From a virus, in IMG/VR virus record IMGVR_UViG_3300025073_000448: a DNA stretch of 28,644 bases. One strand, written 5' to 3'. A program made the translations under genes and the position numbers. Positions 1 to 12,000 of this stretch are shown piece by piece (the first letter of the stretch is position 1; each line of letters starts with the position of its first letter). The notes beneath the pieces are model-generated. The model worked only from the letters and a program-made list of their open reading frames with translations. It searched no databases and was not told the DNA's origin.

Positions 1-2
1 AG

Positions 3-3000
3 AACCAAATAGAGCTTCCTGAAAAGGCAGGGAAACTCAAGGCCATGCAAGCCATCAAGGATCATTACATGAAGGGCGTTTCAGGAGAGCAGCCCGCCAC
101 GACGACAGAGCCCCCTCCTTCCAGGCCAATTGATACCACGGGAACTGCAGCAACCACGGCATCAGTGAAGATGTTTCTCACCAAGGCTGACATCGCCGCG
201 CTAAAAAACCTTGGGTGGGATGACGCATCCATCAATAAGATGAAACCGGAAGAGGGAGCGAGGATTATTTCCGAGGCAATGAAAGGAGAAGCACCCAATG
301 CCCAAGGGATACGAAGCGATGAGGGACAGGTTTATCCGGGAGGGAATGTCCAGAGACAAGGCTTGCGAGAAGGCGGCCAAGATCTGGAATTCCCAAAATC
401 CGAGGAACCCGGTGGGGAAGCGGCACGTCAAGGCGCCGCCGAAGAAGTAGGGCAGGAAGAACCGGCTGGCCTCGAAGGGCAAAAAACGCGAGAAGGCCTC
501 GAAAGAGAAGCCCCTCCCCTTCAAGGCGAGCAGACAGAACAGGAAGACCCGACAGCCATAGCCAAGCAGTCCCTGAAAACGCCGCTCGATATAGCCGCCC
601 ACGAGGCCGCGTCTTCCCCGCTGAACGACAAGCCGCAACCCACGACCCCGCAAATCAAGGCCGACAACGCCGAGCTAGGCCACTTCTCCTTCCAGGGAAT
701 CCCGATCTCCATAGAAAGTCCCATCGGCTCCGTCCGGAAAGACGTGAATCACGACCCCCCGAAGTGGCAGCGTGTCATAAAAGAGGCGCATTACGGCAGG
801 ATCAAGGGAGTTCGTGGCCGCGACAAGGACCTGCTCGACGTGTTCGTGCGGACGGACAACATGCAGCCGGCTCCCGAGGGAAGCGATAACGAGGCGGGAA
901 GGACGGGCAAGGCGTTCGTTGTCGATCAGATCGACCCTGAAACCGGGAAGTTCGATGAATTGAAGGTCGTGCTGGGCGCGAAGGACGAGCAGCAAGCCCG
1001 CAAAACCTATCTCGCCAACTACCCGGAAGGGTGGCAGGGGCTTGGTGCCATTACCGAATTCACTATACCTGAATTCAAGGCGTGGCTGAGGGGTGGCGAC
1101 GCCACGAAGAGGGTTGGGAAGAAGGCCCCCAAGGAGATTGAGACTGACAAGGGTGTGGTGAAGCAGAAGGAGGACGTCGATCTTCCCTTCGCGGCCGGGC
1201 TTGCCGAGCAGTTGGCGGAGCGGAAGCGGATGGATCAGATGGCCTCCGCTCCAAAGACTCGAATTGAATTGATGGGTAAGCTGAAAGATGGCACCGCGAA
1301 TGGTGTTTTTGTTTTAGGTGACGATCAGCTCGATTTGTGGTGGTTGCCTGGAAACTATGCCAAGGATGTTCGTGGATATAGTGGACTCGACTTGATACGC
1401 CTTGCAAGAACTGGCATGGAGCCTGGGGCGATATATTTGAGGCATCCTGGATGGTATGCACAAAATCCTACGCCAGAAGAGCGCAAGGTTATAGATGAAA
1501 TTGTCAAGTTTCTTGGGAAGGATGCCCCGGATAGGCCTGGTGAGTTTGTAGATATACAAGACATCATCAATGCCAAGCGCGACAAAGGGAAAGAACCTGC
1601 CTCCGCGCCCCCAGTAACGCCAAAGCAGACCCGCACCGGGCCGACGGCCGAGACCGCCGCGCGGAAGCCACTCAAAGAGAAAACTGAGCCGGTTACCGTG
1701 GCCGAGAAGGGAGAGTCAACCAAGAAAGAAGAGGCCCCTCCCTCTTCTCGGCCGACGCCATCCACGCCAGCTCAACCAGCCCCTTCCGCACCCCCCACCC
1801 TCACAGTCTCAGACCTGGACACCAAGTCCATAATCGTGAAGGGCGACTACACCGCAAACAAGGACCGCATCGCCCCCGTCTTGAAGCAGCACAGCGGGCT
1901 CTACAACGGCAAGCACAAGGGATGGGTGTTCCCCAAGAAGAACGAGGCCGCGGTACGGGCGGCGTTGGGGATTGGTGCGGAACAGAAAGCTGAGCAGCCC
2001 CCTCCTTCCAGGGAAACAGAGCAGGTAGTGTCCGCGCTTGACCAGACCAAAGAGAAAGCCCTTGCGAGATACGTTGAAGGCATGAAGCAGTATCTTGGCG
2101 AGGAACGCGCCGAGGAGCGGGGCCGGTACTGGATCGACAAAATAGATTCCAAGGATGTTGTGACTCTCCGCGAGACTATGAACGGCATCAACCCCGAACT
2201 GAACAGATTGTTCTCGACCATAACCGGGCTCCCGGCGAAAACGCAGAAGGACGCCGACGCATCGCTCAGGTCTCTTAACCCTAATAAGTGGGACGAATGG
2301 CAGGGAGACAAAAAGAGGGAGAGGGAGAAGAAAGAATCCGACCGTGCAGAGAAGATAAAGAAGGATGCAGAGGACCAGGTTCTTGACGAGAAGGTGAGCT
2401 ACAACGGGAATGTCACGACTCGCCGGGACATCTATCAGAACATGGTTGCCTCTGGATACACGCAGATCGAGACGAGGCGCAGGGGCGTGGTTGACGAGTT
2501 CTTCCTCGTGAATCCCAAGACTGAGATGCAGGTCAAGGTTCCGAAGCCTGCCGTTGATTTTGTGCGGGGCTTGGTTGATGCCGTCGAGGCCAAGAGGGAT
2601 AAAACGTCAGACCTCCCCGATATTTCCGAGGAAGACGCCGATCATCTGTTCGGGACCAAGAAGAAACCCGAGCCAGCCACTCAACCAGAGACCCAACGTA
2701 TAGTTGTCGGAAAGAACAGGGACGGGGATACGATCTACTCCGACGACAAGGGCGCTCGCTACATCCTTGAAGGGGGAATGCGGGTCCAATCCTTTGTGTT
2801 GCGTCCAGGATACATCGACGAGCAGTTCATGACGGTTGAGGAGGTGGATGCGAAGAAGCCCAGGAGCGAAGATGCTCTTGCCGAGCCCATCACCCCTTCA
2901 AGGCCAGCTACTACGAAGTCCATGGCCGATGCGTCCCGAGAAGACGTGATGGCCGAGCTTCGCAAGCAAATGAAGGAGCGGGGAGAGAAGACCGAGCCAG

Positions 3001-6000
3001 CAGTCACGCAATCCACCGCTACGAAGGAAGCAAAATCCGCCCCCACCCCCACCGCCAAGCTGGAATCCGCCGCAGACCACATGAAGGCCATAGCGGATGG
3101 CATAAAGAAAATCAACGCCATCTTCGGGGAAGAGGGCTCATTCTCCACCGCTCCCATCTCTTCTTCAGCCTCCTCGACCGCTCCCATCTCCTCTTCCAAG
3201 CTTGACGAAACCAAGTGGCGGCAGATCCGCCCCATCCTGGACGAAATGTGGGGCCATGCGGTTGCCACTGGACAGGATGTAAAAGACTTCGTATCATTGG
3301 TATTGGATAGCCTTAGCCTCAAGGCCGCTCCTTATTTCGAGCGGTTTATCGAGGAGAAGTTTTCTGGAAACGAAGAAGTATCGACTCAGAAGGGGGAATC
3401 AGATGCCGATACCGCCTCTCCCGGACAGCAGGAAGCGAGCGATCAAGGCGTGGTTGGAGACCTACAGGAAGAGGGACTTCGACCGGATGAAGAAGAACGA
3501 GACGCTGAATCAGTTCGTGGAGGACTTGGACAGCCAGATGAAGGAGGAATATCTCCAGGAGATCGATCAGATTCTGAACGAGTTGATAGCCGAGAAAATC
3601 CAGGGAACCAACGAGGGATTGATGCAATACCAGACCCGGACCAGGGAGGCGTGGGAGAGGATATTTCACAAGCACCTGCCGGCAAGGGAAGAGAGCGTGG
3701 CAAAGGCGGCGTAACAACGAAGCCCGCCAAAAAGAAAGGTAACGACTACTCCGCTCCGGTTGGAAGCCTCAAGCGCGAAGGCTCTTGGCTGGATACTGCC
3801 AAGCGGAGCGTCGAGATCATTGAGCTTGCCGTAAAGATCGACGCAGAGAAACGCACGGCTACCCCTGCCGAGCAGGAGCTGCTTTCAAAGTATGTAGGCT
3901 TCGGGGCAGGCGAGATCAGGAACAAACTCTTCCCAGCCCACAGCAATACCCCACTCACTCAAATCTGGCCCAACTATTCCATCTACGATCAGTCGTGGAA
4001 AGACCTTGCCGAGCGTCTTTCAAAACTCCCCGAGCAATGGCAAAAGACACTCCTCCAATCCACTCAGTACGCGCACTACACAAGCGAAGGCGTGACCCGG
4101 CAGATGTGGGAAGCCGCAAAGCATCTAGGCTTCACCGGCGGGCATGTTCTCGAGCCTGGAATGGGAATCGGGAATTTCTTCATGACCATGCCGGAAGGAC
4201 TCAGGAAGGTTTCCACCTTCACGGGAATCGAGTTCGACGGACCGACGGCGCTTATTGCAAAGCATCTTCTCCCAAGACAACAGGTCCTGCACGACGATTA
4301 CACCAAACGGAAACTCCCCAAGAACTTCTTTGACTTTGCCATCGGTAACCCGCCCTTCGCGTCCATACCCATCACCAACGACCCCGACTACGCGAAACAC
4401 GAATTCTCTCTTCATGATTACTTCTTTGCTAAGACGGTTGACCTTGTTCGCCCGGGCGGGATGGTTGCCTTTGTGACCAGTCGCCACACCATGGACCGGC
4501 AAGGGGATAAGGCGAGACGGTATCTCCAGGAGCGGGCCGACCTCATCGGAGCCATCCGGCTTCCCCAGATGGCTTTCCAGGACAATGCCGGGACGTCGGT
4601 CGTAACGGATGTCCTGTTCTTCCGGAAACGCCAGGAAGGCGAGGAGCAAAATGGCAACGCATGGTCGAAGCGCGTTGAGATCGAAACGAAGGACGGCCCG
4701 GTCAACATCAACGAATACTATGCGGCCCACCCGGAAATGATCTTGGGTCAGGTTCGCAAGACCGGCCACACCGACGATGTTGGGAGAAGAATCGGCGGTG
4801 AGCGTGGGTACGATCAGCCCACGGTGATTTCCTACTACGAAGACTATGCGGACCTCGACGCTGCTTTCGCGGAAGCCGTAAAGAAGCTCCCGAGCAACGT
4901 GTTCTCGATCACTACCAAAGATGCCGAAAGCATCAAGCGAGAGACCGAGGCCATTGAATTCAACCCGAAGGTGCGCCGGGAAGGGGCTCTTTACCTGGAT
5001 GAGAAGGGCAATGTTCGGCGCGTGCAAGGCGGAGTAGGTGTTGATTTCTTTAAGGGGGCTACGCCGCTCCTCGAGTCGAAGCGTGAGTGGTTCAAGGACT
5101 TCGTTTCGCTGAAGGGTGCCGTCAATGCCGCAAGGTTCGATCAGTACAACGATGGGCCATGGGAAGCATCCCTGAAGAAGCTCCAGAGCGCGTACAACAA
5201 ATTCAGAACGAAGCATGGCCCCATCCTGGATTTCACCACGAGAACGACCACCAGGACCGATGAGGACGGAAACGAGTACCAGATTCAAAGTCGCACGTTC
5301 AAGAACAAACGGTTCTGGGATCAGGATTACGATTCGGCTCTCATCACCCAGCTCGAAAAAATCACAGAGGAAGGCGAGATTGTAAAGTCGGCGTTCCTCA
5401 CCGAGCGCACCATCGGGAAACCGGTTCAGGCCGAAGTCAAAACCATTCACGACGCCATGGCCGTTTCACTCGATGCCGTTGGAAAGCTGGATCTAAACGA
5501 CATTGCGACTCGCATGGGGATCAGCCAGGAAGATGCCATCGAAACGCTCGACGATCTCATCTACCGGGACGTCTCGGGCGAATGGATGCTTGCCGATGAA
5601 TACCTTTCCGGAGATGTGGTGAGGAAACTTGACGAGGCTCGCACCGCCGCCGAACTTGATCCTTCTCTTCAACGGAACGTCGAGGCGCTCCAGAAGGTTC
5701 AGCCTACGCCGCTCGGGCATAGTCAAATTCGCGTCTTGTTAGGTGCTGGCTGGATACCTGACCGATACGTTACCGAGTTCGCATCGGAAATTCTCAACGC
5801 CGGGGAGGCGTCTTACGATAGACGAACCGAGACGTGGACCGTAGCCGGCGGGAACATGAGGTCCGAGCGCAGGTCCGGGAACGAATACGGGACGAATGGC
5901 CGCTCTCCTTCCGAGATACTGGAAGCGGTATTGAATGGCAGGCGCATCGTCGTCAAGAGAACCGAGAAGGATGCCTCGGGGAGGACTTATACATACACAG

Positions 6001-9000
6001 ACAAGGAATCAACTGAAGCCGTAAACGACATCACGAAGAAGATGAAAGAGAAGTTTTCTTCATGGATCTGGACCGACAGTGCCAGGACATCCGACCTGCT
6101 CGACGTTTACAATCGCACCAAGAACAACATCGCACCCAGGCGCTTCAACGGCTCCCACCTCACCCTTCCCGGTGTGTCCTTGAAGTATAAGCTCCACGAC
6201 CACCAGAAACGTGCTGTTTGGCGCATCATCCAGACTGGGGACACGTATCTCGGGCATGCCGTCGGAGCCGGGAAGACGCTCGAGATGATTTCCGCCGGCA
6301 TGGAGATGAAGCGGCTTGGCCTCGTCAAGCGGCCGTGGTACGTCGTGCCGAATCACATGCTTGAGCAGTTCGCCAACGAGTTCATGGATCTCTACCCGCT
6401 CGCCAACATCATGGTTGCCGACAAGGAGGCATTTCACAAAGATAAGCGCAAGGAATTCGTCGCACAGGCCACGCTGAACAACCCGGATGCCGTGATTGTC
6501 ACTCACTCCGCCTTCGAGCGCATAGGAGTCAAGGAAGAGTCAGTGGCTCCCATCAGGGAAAAGCTCGTAACCGAGTTGACCGAAGCCCTCGACGATACCG
6601 AAGACAGCGACAGGATCAGGCGCTCGGCGCTCCAGCGACAGATAGAAATTGTGGAGCGCAGGTTCGATTCCATCACGGGTAGTTCCGGGAAGGATGTAGC
6701 TATCACCTTCGAGGAAACTGGATGTGATTTCCTCTTTGTGGACGAAGCGCACAACTACCGCAAGCTGGATTTTCACACAAACAGGAAGCTCAAGGGTATC
6801 GACCCAAACGGTGCAAGAAAATCCATGGATATGTACGTCAAGGTGAAATTCCTCGACAGTAAGAATCCTGGAAGGTCTCATGTCTTCGCATCCGGAACCC
6901 CACTCACCAACACCATCGGGGAAATGTACTCCCTCATGCGGTTTTTCATTGAGGATCGCATGCAGGAAGAAGGCATGTCCACCTTCGACGGGTGGGCATC
7001 CACCTTCGGAGATTCCAAGATTTCCTTGGAGCCCAACGCCGCCGGAAACTATGAGAACGTCGAGCGGTTCGCCACGTTCGTAAACGTGCCAGAGCTTATG
7101 AGCCGGGTGCGATCGTTCATGGATGTTCTCACTTCGGATCAACTCGGCTCCATTGTAAAGCGGCCTGACTTGGAAGGGGGGAAGCCCGAGATTATTGCCG
7201 TGCCGTCCACTCCCGAGCAGGAGGATTACAGGTCCGGGCCGTTGTCCGAGAGAGTCGCGGCGTCCAAGAGATGGAAGCCATCATTTCAGCAACGAAACAA
7301 TCCGGACCCGATGATCGCCATCATCTCCGAGGGAAGGAAGGCATCCATTGATCCGCGCTTTTTCGATCACACTATCTCGGAGAAGACGCCATCCAAGCTT
7401 AACCGCATGGCCGACGAGATCATTGCCGAGCACAAAAGAACGAAGCTCTTCACCTTTGAGGGAATCGACGGAAAGCAGGAAGCCAAGAAGGGTGGAGTGC
7501 AGATCGTTTTCTACAACCTTGGATTCGGGGCACAACTCAGGGCGAAGAATGCCTTCGACGCACGCGACGCACTTACGAGGCGATTGACCGCCGGCGGAAT
7601 TAAGCGGGATGAAATCGCGTGGTTTGACGATGCGGACACCGATGCCAAGAAGGAGAGGGTTTTCAAGGAGGCGCGGCTCGGAAACATCCGGGTGGTCATT
7701 GGATCAGCCAAGAAGATGGGGACCGGCGTGAACATCCAGAAGCGCCTGACCGCCATGCACTACCTCGACCCTCCGTGGTATCCGGCCGACTTCGAACAGC
7801 CGCAGGGGAGAATTATCCGGCAGGGTAATCAGAACGAGACGGTCAGGGTCAAGCTCTACGCCACGAAGGGCTCTTACGACGAGACCATGTGGTCAATGGT
7901 GGCCAGGAAGCAGAAGCAGATCGACCAGGCGTTCAGTGGGGATGCGAGTGTTCGGAGCATCGAGGACATCTCCGAGGCGAGTAGTTACGAGATGGCTGCG
8001 GCCCTGGCCTCCGGTGATCAGCGGATTTTGCAGTTGGCCGGGCTCAACCAGGACATCGATAGGCTCGACCGGCTGGCGGCCGCTCATGCTTCATCGCAGC
8101 ACGCCATAGCCTACGATTTGGACAATATCCAGCGGTATCAGTTGCCGGGACGGCGCGAGCGGTTGGCGAAGCTGAAAGAGGCCAAGAACTTTGCGGATGA
8201 TAGTTACGCCACGTACAAGTCCGGGAGCGTCGAGGGACGGAGCTTCGACCACAAGCAGAAGGATGAGTTCGGTGCTGCCATCAAGGCGGCGTATAACAAG
8301 GCTATTGTCGATCATGCGGCTACGCTCAAAAAGAACAGCAAGAGCGGGTGGCGAGTCGTTGCAACCATCGGGAAGGTGAACGACAAGTATCCCCTGCGCG
8401 TGAATGTCTACCAGTGGGATGAATCAATTGATGCCGCCGAGCTCGAGCTTGGCATTGGTCCTCTTTGGTTCGAAATTCAAACCGGCAAGGTATTGAATGA
8501 AACGGTGTCCGACAGTGGCTTGATCACCAAGTCCATCAACATCGTGAATCGACTTCCGCGAGACATCCGGGAAGTGGAAGACACTATCGAAGAGCATGAG
8601 ACCGAAGTGAAGCGCCTCAGCAAAGTCCTGGGCGCTCCCTTTGAGTACGAAGCCGAACGGGCCGACAAGATCGCTGAGAAGAACCGGCTTGAAGCCGAGC
8701 TGGTTTCCGAAGGTGTCGCGGCCAATGCGCCGCACCAGAACGCACCGCCCCCGGGCGTGATTTCTCAGAGTGGGAGTGGCGAAGTCATAGAGGAAGAGGA
8801 GTCTCCAAGAACGACTTACAGAACCGGCCCTACTCCAGGGGCAGCGACGGGTTACACCAACCTATACTCAGGTTTCCCGGTAGACGAGTTGATCCGCGAA
8901 ATCCGCGCGGCCAAGGCGGGTATAGAATCCCTTCTTCCAGGCCAGATCTCCGACATCATGCCACGCCTAACCGACCTCGGCACCCGCATAATCGCCCGCG

Positions 9001-12000
9001 GCTTTGATACGGCCCGCACCTTCAAGGAAGAGCTGTCCCGCGTTCTCGGAGACGCCTTCGACGCCGTGCGCCGGTACGTGCTGAAGATATTCGCTGCCGC
9101 GCAACGGGCTTATGCGAAGCTGCCTGATGCCGTGAAGAATGAGTGGGGGACTTTTGCAGGTCCCAAGGCGCAGTGGTGGGACAAGGCCGAGGGAAAGTTC
9201 ACGAGCTTGTACGACAAGAGGGAGAAGGTTGAGATTGATGATTCGAAGATGGTGGTCGATGAAGATTTCCTGAATAGGAAACGAAGCAAAACTTATGTTT
9301 TGTCTGACATCGTAGAACATCCTGAGTTATTCGAGAACTATCCAGAAGCCATGAATATCAAGGTGAAGCTAACCCCCCTCCGTGGATATGGCGGCAACAT
9401 GGGTGGCAATACAATGGAAATAGCCACTGACTCGGATAAGGCGGATAGAAGACAAACGATTATTCATGAACTCCAGCATTGGATTCAAGGTCGAGAAGGT
9501 TTTGCGGTTGGAGGATCGGTTGGCACGGTTCTCAGAAGTTCTCCATTTTCCGCAAAGCAAGAGGGTTTAGTGGACCACCTTATCAACGCTTTACATTCTG
9601 AGTCATGGCCAAAAGGGAACGCGCTTCATGGACTTTCTCCAATTGAACGAGTGGATTGGTTCGTGAATCGAGAAATCCAACGAGGCATGTCGGAAAGCAA
9701 AGCAATGGAGGCAAGGGATTATACACTGTCCCTTCCTGGAGATCGCAAGAAAGCAGAGCGACAATTCGAGAAGGATATCTCCGAGAAAAGAATCTCTCGG
9801 AAATCAGACTACATGAGGATGGCGGGCGAGATTGAGGCCAGAGACGCAACATCCAGGGGAAGCATGTCCACAGAGCAACGCCGCGCAACGCCACCCTACT
9901 CTTCCGAGAACATCGCGCCCGAGGACGCCATTGTGCGGTTTGGGGGCGGCGAGGCTCAGATGTCAGCAACGGAAGATACTGCCGAAGAATCCAGAGCCCA
10001 AAGGAGGCGACTTGAGAAAAACCAAGGACAGCAAAGACTCTTTGATGAAGGTGGTAAAGCCCGTGATCTACCCACTGCCAAGCAGGAACGATCTGACCGA
10101 GGGACAGAAGGACGAGAGACAAGCCCCGTACAGGTCGAGCAGTCAATCACGAGTCTTCCAGAATACCGAAAGGTAATCAAGAAGCACATCAAGGAAGAGG
10201 GGATTTTAAAACGTCCAGATACCTACGTGATCCAGAACGCGGATACCGACGACAAGCCTACCCTCGTGGTTGTGACGGGTAAGGTCGGAGATCCCAAGAA
10301 GGTCAGTACATACGATTTGTCGAAGATGTCGCCGGGCGGATTAAGGCAGGTCAAAAAGTGGGCTGATACGGCAAGACCAGGGAAAGCCCCACTGTTTCCT
10401 GCCGACAACGTTTATCCTCTTAGGCATACGCCTCCGCAGATGGCAAAGCCAGATTACAAGCCTGGACAGAAATCAGAGCCATATCGATTCCTGAATCAAA
10501 AGACCGGCAAGATGGAATCTTCGGCCACTCCCGCTTCGAGGGTCCAATTCGCAATAGCCCCCAAGGATCTCCCTGAATCAGCGAAGGCGAAGCTGGCGGG
10601 GACTCGGGTTGTTGACGAAAACGGGGAGTTAAAACTTGTCTATCACGGGACCCCTAATGCCGATTTTCAGCAATTTGATTTGTCGTTAGCAGGAAAAAGC
10701 ACAAAAGCTAAAAGCGCAAAAGAGGGGATCTGGTTTGCATCCCGTCCAGAGACAGCGGAGACATACAGTGGCTTCGAGCAAGAACCAGGGAGCACTGGCG
10801 GCCCAGGCATAGGCCAATATTATCTGAAAATGACAAATCCAAAAATTATCGACATGGATGATCTGTTCAAGAATAACATCGAGAGGTTTGATTCGATTTC
10901 CATAGCCTATGAAATGAAACTTGCCAAGCAGGAAGGATATGACGGTTTAATCCTAAAGAACAATTTCGATACCGGACCCAAGAAATTATTTGATCGAGAA
11001 GCATTCAAGAAGACAAGGCGAATGCCTCAAGATATGTACGCCGTCTTCTCCCCCGACCAGATAGTCTCGGTCCTGAGCCCTGAGGCATCGGTCAAGGGCT
11101 CATTCAAAGAAGCCCCCATCGTGGGATACAGAAGAGAAGCCAAGTCCATTGAATCGAGCCTTCCACCGATCAAGGAGGGCATGACCAGGCTTTGGAGAGG
11201 CAACAGAGAAGGCGAGGTCGGAACCGCGACTCAATTCACCAACGATCTTCCAGGGATAGCCATTCCATTTAGGAATATGTATGGTGGCGGGCTCTCGTAT
11301 GTGGATGTTCCCACAAAAGATTTGACAAAATATGAGCAGCGAGTAGCGGCGGCCCCTGGGGCCGAGTTCAATTTGCCGGATGAGCTTGCAAGAAACGCTC
11401 GCAATGTATCTGGCATTGGCATGGAAGGGGAGAAGGCTACGACGGAGATCAATGAATCAAGAAACTCTCCCCTCGCAAACGAAGCGGGCTTCATCAGGCT
11501 TCCCTCTCTCGGCAACATTTCCCAATCAGCAACCGACCAGCTAGCCGGGACTCTCCTCTCCATCCGCAACCTCTTCCATCCCAAGGACGCAAGCCTCATA
11601 GGAAGCATCCTGCAATCCCCGGAGTACAGGAAGAACCTGCAAGAGAAGGATGCCTTCGAGGCGACACAGTTCCGCGAAGAGCGGCGTCATGAAATCTTCA
11701 TCGACCACAAGGAGCCCATCGACCTCATGGCCGGGATGAAATTCGCCAATGCTACGAAACTTGGTGGAAAAATCAATATGGGCCGCTTCAAAACCTACGA
11801 CCGGTACAACATCAACGACCCGAAGAACTCCCACCTTCCAAGGGACTACCGTCAAACCTGGAAGATCATAGACGACATGGATGCAAAAGAGATCTCCTGG
11901 AAGGACTACAAGGAGAAGCTGATCGCGCGGAACAAGGAGCGCGCCAGATCCGGGAAGGGTGAGGCCGTATCTTCGAGGGTCATTTCCGCAATCGACAAAA

